Below are positions 1 through 9,503 of a stretch of 32,000 nucleotides of DNA, piece after piece; the stretch's first letter is position 1, and the number at the start of each line of letters is the position of its first letter. The DNA is from Candidatus Electrothrix sp. GW3-4 (GTDB taxonomy: Bacteria; Desulfobacterota; Desulfobulbia; Desulfobulbales; Desulfobulbaceae), in the NCBI RefSeq assembly GCF_037902255.1, contig NZ_CP147990.1, forward strand, positions 840,001 to 872,000, in the 5' to 3' direction. Position numbers and translations under genes: made by a program. The notes beneath the pieces are model-generated. The model saw only the letters and a program-made list of their open reading frames with translations, was not told where the DNA came from and did no database searches.

Positions 1-1
1 T

Positions 2-448
2 GAGCATGCTTTTTTACAGGAATTAGGCGCTGTTCATATATTGACAAGAAGGCAGGCCATTGGACGTGTTAGTGCAGCTATGCTCAGAGAACGCTGGGCT
101 GGCGTGGTTGATACTGTTGGCGGCGAGGTCTTGGCCGGTGCTGTTAAGGCCACCCAATACGGCGGTGTTGTGGCCTGTTGCGGCAATGTAGCCTCCGGGG
201 ATCTACCCCTGACGGTCTATCCCTTTATTTTGCGAGGGGTCTGTTTGATCGGTATTGATTCTGCCAGCTGTCCCATGGTGCGCCGGGAGGAGATCTGGCA
301 GCAGCTTGCCGATGGTTGGCGTTTGACCATGCTGGACGGATTGACCACCCGTATTTCTCTTGATCAGCTCGGTCAATATATTGAGGCTATGCTTGCCGGT
401 AAGACAACAGGTCGAATCGTGGTTGATCTGGGGGGAGCGGCAGGATGA
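2..448 (+). CDS. YhdH/YhfP (AcuI)-family NADPH-dependent oxidoreductase, C-terminal part (5' end outside window)
   Basis: Frame 2 is open from base 2 (EHAFLQELGAVHILTRRQ...), so the ATG at 41 is internal. The C-terminal MDR-superfamily pattern (WAGVVDTVGG, YGGVVACCGN, TVYPFILRGVCLIGIDS, GRIVVDL) matches the YhdH/YhfP subfamily from memory. The stop overlaps the next start (ATGA, 445-448). Confidence 0.75.
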   Translation, partial: EHAFLQELGAVHILTRRQAIGRVSAAMLRERWAGVVDTVGGEVLAGAVKATQYGGVVACCGNVASGDLPLTVYPFILRGVCLIGIDSASCPMVRREEIWQQLADGWRLTMLDGLTTRISLDQLGQYIEAMLAGKTTGRIVVDLGGAAG

Positions 449-1440
449 CAGTGGAACAGGCACAGGAAGTACTGACCGTGGAGGCCGAGGGCATTACCGC
501 TGTCCGGGATGCCTTAGGAGAGGAGTTTGTTCGGGCTGTGGATCTGATTATGGACTGCCCGAGCCGGCTGGTGATCAGTGGGATTGGCAAATCCGGCTTG
601 GTGGGCCAGAAAATTTCTGCTACCCTTAATTCAACCGGTACCCCGTCGTTTTTTCTCCATCCGGTGGAGGCTATGCATGGGGATTTGGGCATGGTCAGTG
701 CCACAGATATTGTCTTGGCGATCTCGTACTCTGGAGAAACATCTGAGCTGAATCTTTTGCTCGAAAGCCTGAAAAATCGTTCGGTGCAGATAATTGCCAT
801 GACTGGGAACGATAAATCCACTCTTGCCCGTTATGCTGCGGTTACTCTGAACGTTGCAGTGCCTCGGGAGGCCTGTCCGCTTGGTCTAGCTCCGACCACC
901 TCAACCACTGCTACCCTTGCCCTTGGAGATGCTTTAGCGGTTTCTTTGCTTCGGCGCAAGCGGTTTCGGGAAGAGGATTTTCGGCGCAATCATCCTGGAG
1001 GCAGCCTAGGAGAGCGACTCAAGGTCGCTGTGCAGGAGGTCATGCTCACTGGTGACAAGGTGCCGCAAATCAGAAAAGAAGCAACCCTGGAGCAGGCTGT
1101 TGCTGAACTGAACAAAAAGAATATCGGGGCAGTGCTGGTGGTAGAGGACTCGAATAAACTCTGTGGGATTCTTACCGACGGTGATCTGAGACGCCATTTG
1201 CTTGAGGAAAAATGGTTGGAGAAAGGGTCAGGAGCGGCTGAAAGCAGAAAGCACATAAGCGATGTGATGACCCGGCACCCGGTCACCATTTCTGGTGAAC
1301 TCATGGCAGCTGACGCCCTGAGTCTGATGCAGAGTAAGGATATCACCGTATTGGCAGTCGTTGGTGAGGAGAACAGCGTGCAGGGACTTCTTCATCTGCA
1401 CGACCTGTTGGGGAAAGGCGAGTTCCGTTTTCTGATTTGA
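445..1440 (+). CDS. kdsD: Arabinose-5-phosphate isomerase, KpsF/GutQ family (SIS + tandem CBS)
   Basis: 331-aa ORF. It has a SIS domain (VISGIGKSG loop, AISYSGET) followed by two CBS-like segments (IGAVLVVED..GILTDGDLRR; ITVLAVVGEE..VQGLLHLHDLL). It is translationally coupled to the upstream gene. Confidence 0.88.
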   Translation: MTVEQAQEVLTVEAEGITAVRDALGEEFVRAVDLIMDCPSRLVISGIGKSGLVGQKISATLNSTGTPSFFLHPVEAMHGDLGMVSATDIVLAISYSGETSELNLLLESLKNRSVQIIAMTGNDKSTLARYAAVTLNVAVPREACPLGLAPTTSTTATLALGDALAVSLLRRKRFREEDFRRNHPGGSLGERLKVAVQEVMLTGDKVPQIRKEATLEQAVAELNKKNIGAVLVVEDSNKLCGILTDGDLRRHLLEEKWLEKGSGAAESRKHISDVMTRHPVTISGELMAADALSLMQSKDITVLAVVGEENSVQGLLHLHDLLGKGEFRFLI

Positions 1441-1487
1441 TCGCGTAAGAGGCTTTTTTTCTAATCAACAAAAAAACGAGCGAAAAA

Positions 1488-1694
1488 ATGTGTCAGTTGA
1501 ATGTAGTGATGGAACAGGAGGGGAACCAGGAAACCCTTATGGAAGCAGTAACCGGTCTGGAGGTCACGGAGCAGGGAATTGTCCTGCGGACCTATTTTGA
1601 AGAGCCTATGACGGTCGGCAATGCCTTGATTAAGAGCATTGATTTTCTCGGAGGTTCTGTGGTACTGGTACCAGATGCCGACAGGAAAAACTGA
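1488..1694 (+). CDS. CooT-family small nickel-binding protein
   Basis: 68-aa ORF beginning MC; Cys2 is the Ni ligand in characterised CooT. It aligns by eye along its whole length with Rhodospirillum CooT (MCMAKVVL...RVTTLFDEE...ISLIE). The RBS is weak. Confidence 0.65.
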   Translation: MCQLNVVMEQEGNQETLMEAVTGLEVTEQGIVLRTYFEEPMTVGNALIKSIDFLGGSVVLVPDADRKN

Positions 1695-1763
1695 GCTTTT
1701 GTTGTGGATCCGTTAAGAAGTTGAGAAGAAAAGATACTTTAATAGGAGGCCGAGGAGGCTGCA

Positions 1764-2051
1764 ATGAACGATCTTGAGAAATTACGCGTAATGTTACCGC
1801 ACTGGATTGGTCATAACCAGGGGCATGGTGGAGAATTCGCGCAATGGGCGGAAAAAATAACAAGTGACTCTCCAGAGGTGGCCCAGCTGCTTCGTGATGC
1901 TGTCCAGTCTCTGCAAGAGGCCCAAAGCAGCCTTGAAGAGGCCCTGGAAAAGGCAGGCGGCCCTCTTGAGGAACCGGGTGGTCCGAGCGGTCACGGCACA
2001 CAGGGGCATGATCACAGTCATGAACACGGACATCATCACCAGCATTCATAG
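1764..2051 (+). CDS. Small helical protein with histidine-rich C-terminal tail (putative metal-binding)
   Basis: 95-aa ORF with GGAGG twice within 20 nt upstream of the ATG. The C-terminal tail GHGTQGHDHSHEHGHHHQHS has 9 His in its last 20 residues. It lies directly downstream of the CooT-like gene. Confidence 0.6.
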   Translation: MNDLEKLRVMLPHWIGHNQGHGGEFAQWAEKITSDSPEVAQLLRDAVQSLQEAQSSLEEALEKAGGPLEEPGGPSGHGTQGHDHSHEHGHHHQHS

Positions 2052-4451
2052 CTTTCCGTGATAAGGGCTCCACTTACCTGTTGATAAATTATATTGGTAG
2101 GTCAGCTCTAAGACGAGTCGAATGCCTTTGCGCTCTGTGCATCGTATGGTGTACAGCAGTCGGCCATTTTGGACCTTGATAAAATAGATCCTCGGGTTGC
2201 TCAGCAGGGCGTTGCGGGAAGAAGGAAATTCCTTTTTGAATATTCTCTCATAGTTCTTTTTCCACCATTCCTGATTGCTGCTTTTTGCCGCTGCAAGACT
2301 TTGTTCTTTAATTTTGGAGCGGACATACTGCTCCAGTTTTTTGAGATTGTTATCCTTGTCCACTTGAGAACTGTGGATGATGCCGAGTATTTTTTTGTAA
2401 TGTTTTAAGGAGACTTGTAGGTTGTTTTGATTCTCTGCCTCAACGGCTTTTCGGAGTTTAAGGCTGACGTTCAACATAACCACTGTTCGTCCTACCTTGA
2501 GAATGGCATCATTATATATTGCATTGAGATCCGAACGATTTTCTTCAAGCAGACGAAGGGCTCTCTGGTACTCGTTGATTGCGGCGACGAACTCACCTTC
2601 CTGGTAGGCTTGGCGAGCCACCTCAAGTTCTTGGTAAAGCCGCGAATAAGCGAGTGATGTTTTGATTTTTTCTTGTCTTTCCGGAAGGTTGATCTCTGGA
2701 TGCTTTCTGAGTTGTTCTTCAGCATCTTGTAAGCGTGCAACACATTCTCCCCAGAGATCGCCTGAGATAGGTTCTCCTTGTGTTCCAGAGGGATCGCTTT
2801 CTTTTTTTCTCAGGTCTTGACAGAAAGCAAAGGCGTCTCTGTACCTTTTTTCTGCATTTTCGCGTTCCCTGTTCCTCGCCTCTTGTCCAGCTTCTGCTTG
2901 GAATTCTTGTATTCTCTCTTGAATTATCTGGATTCGTTTGTCCAGTTCTGCCTTTGCTGTCTTGGCGTGGGGGTCTAAGGCCCTGGGTTGGGCTGTCTCA
3001 GTGAGTGAAAGTGCGTCTTGATACAAGGAAAGAGCCTTAGCGAATTTTTCTTTCTGAGCAGCATCAGCAGCTTCATTAATTTTTTTATCAACAGGCTCGA
3101 GTCGTTTGATGACCTGTGCCGGGAGAGAAATTCCCCTATATTCGACAGCACCAGCTTCTCCTTTCTTAAACTCAGGCGAGTTGAGGATATCGTAAATTTC
3201 CGCTTCCAGCTCCTTTTGGCCGAGACCGGGGAAGTGGGCCGACTTGAGATTGACCAGAAGCTTTTCGGCCTGGATTCGTTTTTGTTTGAATTGCTCCGGT
3301 GTGGTGCATGGCTGGTACTTGATTTCAATCCACCTGCGTTCTGCCTCTATCACCTTATCCATATCATGAGTGTATAGAAAGGTACCGCCGCCGACAGCTG
3401 CCAGGAGTACAAGCCCTATGAGGATCGGTTTGGTAGGGATCTCAATTGGAGGCTTGGTCGTCTTTCTTTCTCTCGGTTGTTTTTCTCTTGTTTTTTTAGT
3501 ATCTTTAGTGGTGTTTTTTTTCTTGTTTGCTGTTCTTTTTCCTTTGCTGGGCGCTGCGGATTTCTCTCCGTTCTCTGGCGTATCCGTATCCGGCAGAAGA
3601 AAGGTATCTAACATGGCCTGAGATTGCTGTAAACGTTGTCCAACATCGGACAGAGCTGGTGTGTCTATAGCAATTGCTCGTATTTCTTTAAAAATTTCAT
3701 AGGCTTCGGTGAATTTATCCTCGTTTTCCAACTCCTCCAGTTCTTGGAAGAGGTTGTCTCTTTTGGCAAGGGTGGAGGAAACGAGTTGTTCTAAGCGTTG
3801 CGCTTCTGGAGAAGACGAGGAGAGGGCTGTGAGGAGTTTTCCTGCGGTAACGATTTCGTTTTTGTCAATATGGTGCTGGATTTCCAGTAATTGTTCATCA
3901 ATATTCTCTTCCGGTACATCTATATCCAGGCTCAGGCCAAGATCGCTGTCTTCTTCTAGGGAGAGGTCGCTAACCTCAAAATCCGTATTACCTGTATCTC
4001 CTTGTTGGATTTCGTCCAAAGGAAACTCACTTGTATGTTCGCTATACCAATCCGCTGCTTCTTGATTGAATGGTTCCTCCAGGGTATATTTTTGGGCACA
4101 GATCATTTCTCCGATATGGAGAACAAGGTCTGCCAGCGAAGGGTTCTGTTGCCAGTACGAGGTAATGCGGACAGCATCTGGATCAATGTCAGGATGAAAA
4201 AGAGGGGTCAGTGGCTTGACCGTCGGTGGAAAGTGAGGATAACCGAACGGAAGATTAATACGGAGAAGATGGCGGTCAGCTTGGCCAATACTGCCGTCTG
4301 CTTGGCGTGTCAGGCCGTTGAGCTGGTACTCTACTTCATAGGTGGCAGGCGAGTCTCCTTCGGTTTGCGCCACACGTATTTGTGGGTACTGGGCCAGGAG
4401 TTGCTTGACTTCCTCGAAATCAAGCGCAAATTGGTCTGTTTCTGAGGCCAT
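2046..4451 (-). CDS. Single-pass membrane protein with N-terminal UBC/E2-like (UEV/RWD-type, no catalytic Cys) domain and long helical/TPR-like C-terminal region
   Basis: The long ORF runs 2046-4526. I prefer the ATG at 4451 (MASETDQF...), but 4526 is possible. The E2-fold signature LPFGYPHFPPTVKPLTPLFHPDIDPDAVRITSYWQQNPSLADLVLHIGEMI is present. It is followed by an acidic stretch, a K/T-rich basic stretch and a TM helix ILIGLVLLAAVGGGTFLY (about 3372-3428). The remaining ~430 aa are helical with TPR-like repeats (ALSLYQDALSL, AINEYQRALRLLE). Confidence 0.7.
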   Translation of the reverse strand: MASETDQFALDFEEVKQLLAQYPQIRVAQTEGDSPATYEVEYQLNGLTRQADGSIGQADRHLLRINLPFGYPHFPPTVKPLTPLFHPDIDPDAVRITSYWQQNPSLADLVLHIGEMICAQKYTLEEPFNQEAADWYSEHTSEFPLDEIQQGDTGNTDFEVSDLSLEEDSDLGLSLDIDVPEENIDEQLLEIQHHIDKNEIVTAGKLLTALSSSSPEAQRLEQLVSSTLAKRDNLFQELEELENEDKFTEAYEIFKEIRAIAIDTPALSDVGQRLQQSQAMLDTFLLPDTDTPENGEKSAAPSKGKRTANKKKNTTKDTKKTREKQPRERKTTKPPIEIPTKPILIGLVLLAAVGGGTFLYTHDMDKVIEAERRWIEIKYQPCTTPEQFKQKRIQAEKLLVNLKSAHFPGLGQKELEAEIYDILNSPEFKKGEAGAVEYRGISLPAQVIKRLEPVDKKINEAADAAQKEKFAKALSLYQDALSLTETAQPRALDPHAKTAKAELDKRIQIIQERIQEFQAEAGQEARNRERENAEKRYRDAFAFCQDLRKKESDPSGTQGEPISGDLWGECVARLQDAEEQLRKHPEINLPERQEKIKTSLAYSRLYQELEVARQAYQEGEFVAAINEYQRALRLLEENRSDLNAIYNDAILKVGRTVVMLNVSLKLRKAVEAENQNNLQVSLKHYKKILGIIHSSQVDKDNNLKKLEQYVRSKIKEQSLAAAKSSNQEWWKKNYERIFKKEFPSSRNALLSNPRIYFIKVQNGRLLYTIRCTERKGIRLVLELTYQYNLSTGKWSPYHGKL

Positions 4452-5006
4452 ATGTCCAAAGGAATGTGAAGTTGGGGTCGGGGTTATTACATACGAAACA
4501 GTATACGTCAGGTCTTGCCGGTGCAACGAACGGTGTGGTTTCTTCGTTATGCGGTACGAGAGACCCTGACTGTCCTGAGACCGGCAAAAGGTACAACCTT
4601 TTCTTGCAGAATGCGTACCAACTATTTTTTTGCAGAGTAATGCAAAAAGATATAAAAAATTATACGGTATTTTTTAGGTTCAAACAAGATCAATTCTTCT
4701 CCTTAATTATAAAAGGGTATTTGGTCATGCCGGGCAGGCTTTGTTGACCTGGAATCAGGCAGAGGTGCCGGAAACTTGTCATAAAACCTGACATGCGGCT
4801 GGTGAGTGAGTTGGGCAAAAGAGGGCACTGAATGTCGTAAAACGTCAGGAGGAGGGGGGAAAAGATGAAAGCAGAGCAACATTCTTGTCTGATAGCATGT
4901 TTCCGTGTACAATCTCTCTCTTTTTGTGGAACAGGAGATGACGCTGGTTGTTGGATGACAGTGAAGAACGCAAGACTACTTTATTCGGTGGAGTTTCTGA
5001 AAGAAC

Positions 5007-5624
5007 ATGGCGAAACATATTGAGATCAATCCCTATAACCCCCAGCCTCGTCTTATCGGTACTGTGCTTGATACGCTGCGAAAAGGGGGCGTTATCTGTT
5101 ATCCGACAGATACCATGTACGGTATTGGCTGTGACATCTTTAATCAAAAGGCGGTGAAACGGGTTCATCAGGTCAAAAAACGTCCAAAGCAGAAACCCTT
5201 TTCTTTTATGTGTTCTTCGTTGAAGAATATCAGCGAATATGCCCATGTGGGCAATACTGCCTACCGGCTGATGCGTAAACATCTGCCGGGACCCTATACG
5301 TTGGTCCTGCCCGGTTCCAAGCTGGTTCCGAAGATTATGCTGACCAAACAGAAAACCGTCGGTATCCGCGTGCCGGATTCGCCTATCTGCCTTGCTGTGA
5401 TTGAGGAGCTGGGGAACCCTCTCCTCAATACCAGTGCCTTACGGGATGATTATGATGAGCCTGTTATTGATGCCTTTGATGTTGAAAGGCTCTTTGGTCA
5501 TGAGGTGGATTTGATTATTGATGGGGGCGAGGTGTACCCTAACCCTTCAACAGTTATTTCTCTGCTTTCAGAACAGCCCGAGATCCTCCGTGAAGGTAAA
5601 GGCGATATTGCACCGTTTGTGTGA
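5007..5624 (+). CDS. yciO: YciO-type member of the YrdC/TsaC/Sua5 (threonylcarbamoyl-AMP synthase) family
   Basis: 205 aa. It aligns by eye along its length with E. coli YciO (INPYNPQPRLI.., GGVICYPTDTMYGIGCD, LPGPYTLVL, KTVGIRVP, PSTVISL..ILREGKGD). Confidence 0.82.
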   Translation: MAKHIEINPYNPQPRLIGTVLDTLRKGGVICYPTDTMYGIGCDIFNQKAVKRVHQVKKRPKQKPFSFMCSSLKNISEYAHVGNTAYRLMRKHLPGPYTLVLPGSKLVPKIMLTKQKTVGIRVPDSPICLAVIEELGNPLLNTSALRDDYDEPVIDAFDVERLFGHEVDLIIDGGEVYPNPSTVISLLSEQPEILREGKGDIAPFV

Positions 5625-5646
5625 GAAAAACAGAAGGAAGATCCGG

Positions 5647-7404
5647 TTAGAGATCCGCGCCTATGGTGAGATGAATGCGTAGGGGGTAATCGGCATCTGA
5701 GATTGCGCAGGCCACATCTAACCGTACCTGTCCAAAGGGGAGGTTCATTCGGATTCCGAGACCAGCACCTGCCTGCAGATCGGCATCAATATCGTCATAG
5801 GCGTTACCCAGATCATAGAAAGCAGCGGCACTCCAGGTGTCGGTAAGCTTGCGTTCTATTTCAATGCTGGATTCGGTCAGATATTGGCCACCAACGATTT
5901 TTCCTGAAGGGTCTTCTGGCCCCAATTCCTTATAGCCATAGCCACGCACTGAATGGTCCCCACCGGCGTAGAAACGAAGTGAGGGGGGGAGCTCATTAAT
6001 CGACTCCATCATGATTGCTCCGATTGATAACCTTCCAAGAAGACGCCAGTTTTTCCATGGTGTGAGGATGATTTTGGCATTGGCTCGTGCCTGAAGGAAA
6101 CTTGTGCTGGAAAGGAACACGGTATTCCCCCCTTTCAGGCTCGCGCCCAGGCGGAGCCCGTGTTCGGTTCTGACCCGATCTTTAGCCAGAATAAGAGTGA
6201 AGTAACCACTTGGAATCAAGAGGTTGGCAGAGCCACTGGTGATGCCGACCGTATAGTTTTCATGCAGGTATTCCAAGCCGACCCCGAACTGGTGCTTTGG
6301 TGCATTATGATTGACCGATCCGCTGATTGAAAGCTGTTTAACCCAGGTGTCATCCCAGGTCTCGTCAAAAAAAAGCGTGTCAAAATTTATAGAGTCGTAG
6401 CGGAGGTCAAAAACCGGGATCTCATAATCTGCATTGGCTCGGCTGCCGTTTTCGGCCAACTGAATATTAAATCCAGGCTTATGGCCGTGTCGGTTGATGA
6501 TACGGTTTTTCCAGCCGATGTTACCCCGGGCCCCGGTATCCGTTCCGTACCCGATGCCGAAGCTGTAACGGTTCTTTTTGCCTGGCTTGAGCTCGACCGC
6601 AACTGGAATATCCTGCTTTTCATTATCAGGCCCTGGATATTGGGGCTCTACCATGACCAGTTTGAAGTATCCAGTGGCATAAAGATCGGTCTGAAGCTGA
6701 TTCAGAGAACTCAAGGAGTAGACATCACCAGGCTTGTAGGGAAGGTAACGATCAAGCATCTCAGGTATGATGATATCCTGATCACTGGTGGTCTCTCCGA
6801 AAAAGAAGAGGGGGCCTGTGTCAAGGTTGAGCTCTATTGCAGCCCGCTGCTCTTTGCGACGGACGAGGACTTGGCTTGTGGTGAAGCCAGCCTTGATATA
6901 GCCAGTACGCAGGGCCGTCGCCAGGATATTCTTTTTTCCTTTTTCATACAGAATATCTCTGAGTCGGTCTCCTTTTTTGAGAGGGAACTTTTGACTGAGA
7001 TTCTGGAAGAGTTTTTCGTCCTTTCCCTCTCCTGTTATTTCTATATTAACGTGCTCGACCAGGACCGGTGGGCCGGGGAGAACCTCATAGACCGCATGCC
7101 AGCCAGTGTCGTCCTTTGTTAAGGATCCTCCATCCTTTACTTTAACAGAATAATATCCCAACGGTGCCAACGCCTTGGCAATTTGTTCAGGAGCAGCCTT
7201 GTGTAGCCTGCGAATATGTCGTAAGGTCAGCTCCGGGTTGTCTTGCTGAAGGGCTATTTTGATGCTGGCTATGATATTTTTCTGCTCTTCTCCGTCAACA
7301 CCGCGAACAACAACATCCAGTGGGATAGCCTGTACGCTAGGGGGAAGCATGATGAGCAGAAAGGTAAAGAGAGCTCGTATGGAGGTCTTGGAATGATACC
7401 TCAT
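5647..7404 (-). CDS. Omp85-family outer-membrane protein, TamA-like (POTRA + surface antigen beta-barrel)
   Basis: ORF 5647-7557. The start at 7404 (MRYHSKTSIRALFTFLLIMLPPSVQA) gives a signal peptide. The ~585-aa size, N-terminal POTRA-like repeats and C-terminal barrel with LRFYAGGDHSVRGYGY and terminal GIRMNLPFG...TIGADL fit TamA better than BamA. No tamB is adjacent. Confidence 0.82.
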   Translation of the reverse strand: MRYHSKTSIRALFTFLLIMLPPSVQAIPLDVVVRGVDGEEQKNIIASIKIALQQDNPELTLRHIRRLHKAAPEQIAKALAPLGYYSVKVKDGGSLTKDDTGWHAVYEVLPGPPVLVEHVNIEITGEGKDEKLFQNLSQKFPLKKGDRLRDILYEKGKKNILATALRTGYIKAGFTTSQVLVRRKEQRAAIELNLDTGPLFFFGETTSDQDIIIPEMLDRYLPYKPGDVYSLSSLNQLQTDLYATGYFKLVMVEPQYPGPDNEKQDIPVAVELKPGKKNRYSFGIGYGTDTGARGNIGWKNRIINRHGHKPGFNIQLAENGSRANADYEIPVFDLRYDSINFDTLFFDETWDDTWVKQLSISGSVNHNAPKHQFGVGLEYLHENYTVGITSGSANLLIPSGYFTLILAKDRVRTEHGLRLGASLKGGNTVFLSSTSFLQARANAKIILTPWKNWRLLGRLSIGAIMMESINELPPSLRFYAGGDHSVRGYGYKELGPEDPSGKIVGGQYLTESSIEIERKLTDTWSAAAFYDLGNAYDDIDADLQAGAGLGIRMNLPFGQVRLDVACAISDADYPLRIHLTIGADL

Positions 7405-8043
7405 GGAAAAATACTTTTTAGACAGAAATGAAAAAAAACGTTGAAAAACATAAGGGTTATGGTGGGTGGGGTCTGTTAGCGTATAGGGATTAAGGAGGTG
7501 CTTAATATCTCTATGAAATAACGACGTAAATATATCATCGCCTTTTTCGTTTGGCAAGGTATAAAATCTTTTGTTTGTTTTTTTCGGGGGATTGGCTTGC
7601 CTCTTTTATCTGAGAGTAACACGCTGAATTTTTGTGCGAACTCAATTTGCTGTTCAGGGGAAAGGGTTTTCTTTTCAGAAGCGCTATGTTGGGGGGGGGC
7701 CGCCTACCTGGTGTACGGAGGGAGAAACAAACATTTTGCAAAATATTTATGACAGTGTTTCAATAGGGGCAAGGACGGAGAAGGAAGAGACTACATTGTG
7801 TTGCTTTTGGAAGCGGGTATTTTGTGGTCTGTTATCTTAACAGAGTGCCTTTTTATTGGCTTACCTTTCTGCTGGGATCTGCTGCCCTGGTACGCACCCT
7901 TTCGCATCCACTTTGCTTTTATTTAAATAACGCCCATCCCTCCCCTCAGGGGAGGGGCAACAAAAGATGAAAGTTGATCGAACGAATCCAAGGAGTCGTC
8001 GATACTTTCATATAAACAATGTGTTGACAAGACGGGAGAGCTT

Positions 8044-9441
8044 GTGAAACAAAGCATAATTATCGTTATCGCCCTTTGTCTGCTGGCGGCCCCAGGTCAG
8101 ACAAGGGAAATGGCAAAGACAGGGCGCTATGATCTGGCTCAGATTGAGCTGCTGGATGTCGAAACGGCGCAACGGATAGCCCTGCAGGATAATCCAGGGC
8201 TTGGGGCTGCCCAGGCTCGTCTGGAACAGGCAAGGGCTGGCTTGCAACAGGCTGTTGCGGCTGATAAACCCCGTGTTGATGCCAATGCTTCAACCGGCCT
8301 TGGCCGCTACTCGGATACTAATTATGACTCGCTCATTCTCTCAGATTCATCTGCTGACCAAAACTACGAGGCTGGTTCCCTGGCCTTGCAGGCATCATGG
8401 CTCCTGTTTGATGGCTATGCCCGGAAATTTCAGCAGGAACAGGCGCGGTACGGGGTTCAGTCCTCTGATGAGAGTCGCAGAAACATCCAGCGCCTCTTGG
8501 TCTCTGCTGTTGCCGATGCCTTTTTTCATGCCCAGCTGGCCTTGGCCGCCATTGAGATAGCAACGGCTAATAAGGCGTTTTATGAACGACAATTGCAGGA
8601 TGCAGAGAGTCGTCTTGAGGTGGGCAGTGGCTCGCTAAGCGATGTGCTGAATATGAAGGTCCAGCTTAATTCGGCCCAAAACAGTCTGCTGATCAGTCAG
8701 CGGGATTATGAGGCGGCCCGCTATGCCTTGGCTGCTCTCTTGGGAATTGCCGATTCTGTCTTGCCGAAAACGATACAGCTGGCTGCGCTGGATAAGGATT
8801 GCGATATCTTTGCTGATAAGGGGCTGACCGATGGGGAGAAGCTGATTGCTGAGGCCTTGCAGGCACGCCCTGATCTTACGGCCTTGGCTATGCAGATCAA
8901 AGGCGCAGAATCCGCTATTGAGCAGGCCAAGGCTGGCAACTGGCCCACTGTACAGCTTGTTGGTCAGCTAGATGGTAGCACGACGGATGGCCTGGCACCG
9001 GGTGGTGAGGATTTGGGGGCATCATTAGGGGTGAACGTGAGTTGGAATCTCTATTCCGGCGGGGCTGTGGATGCTGCTGTCCTGGAGGCCCGTCAGGCCA
9101 AAAGAGAGGCTCGCTATGCCTATGCTGATCTGCGTAATAGTATCGCTGCTGAAGTGCAGCAGGATATCGTTCGGCTGGCAGCGGCCCGTGAACAGGTTCG
9201 CCTGCAACGCGAAACCGTGGAACTGGTTGAAGAGAACCGTAAGCTGGCAAAGAGTGAATATGAGGCAGGCTCGGCCTCTCTTGTTCGACTCAATGAGGCT
9301 CAGCGTGATCTAACCGCCACCTATGGTCAGCTGGCCCAGGCCCTTGTTTCCTATCAACAGGCCCGGCACCAGCTGCTGGCTGCTGTTGCGCGTAATCTGG
9401 AGCCCTTTTCTCTTGCTGATAAGTCGCAACCGGCAAAATAA
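8044..9441 (+). CDS. TolC-family outer-membrane efflux protein
   Basis: GTG start with GGGAGAG 5 nt upstream and signal peptide MKQSIIIVIALCLLAAPG. The two-repeat helical/OEP architecture has typical segments (LLFDGYARKF, YSGGAVDAAVLEARQAKREA, YEAGSASLVRLNEAQRDL). Confidence 0.85.
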   Translation: MKQSIIIVIALCLLAAPGQTREMAKTGRYDLAQIELLDVETAQRIALQDNPGLGAAQARLEQARAGLQQAVAADKPRVDANASTGLGRYSDTNYDSLILSDSSADQNYEAGSLALQASWLLFDGYARKFQQEQARYGVQSSDESRRNIQRLLVSAVADAFFHAQLALAAIEIATANKAFYERQLQDAESRLEVGSGSLSDVLNMKVQLNSAQNSLLISQRDYEAARYALAALLGIADSVLPKTIQLAALDKDCDIFADKGLTDGEKLIAEALQARPDLTALAMQIKGAESAIEQAKAGNWPTVQLVGQLDGSTTDGLAPGGEDLGASLGVNVSWNLYSGGAVDAAVLEARQAKREARYAYADLRNSIAAEVQQDIVRLAAAREQVRLQRETVELVEENRKLAKSEYEAGSASLVRLNEAQRDLTATYGQLAQALVSYQQARHQLLAAVARNLEPFSLADKSQPAK

Positions 9442-9503
9442 TAATTTTTTTGACAACGCCCCCTTTTTTCAACCTGTAATTCTTTTCTTTGAGAACCTGC
9501 TTG

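Noticed and set aside
4845-5282. 145-aa minus-strand ORF overlapping the start of yciO
   Set aside because: It is antisense to a strongly supported CDS and runs through the promoter region, with no motifs.
7691-7699. G9 homopolymer as a slipped-strand phase-variation switch
   Set aside because: It lies ~290 and ~345 nt from the two flanking start codons, with no mapped promoter or ORF through it. Nothing in the sequence ties it to expression, so it is mentioned only within the intergenic-region finding.
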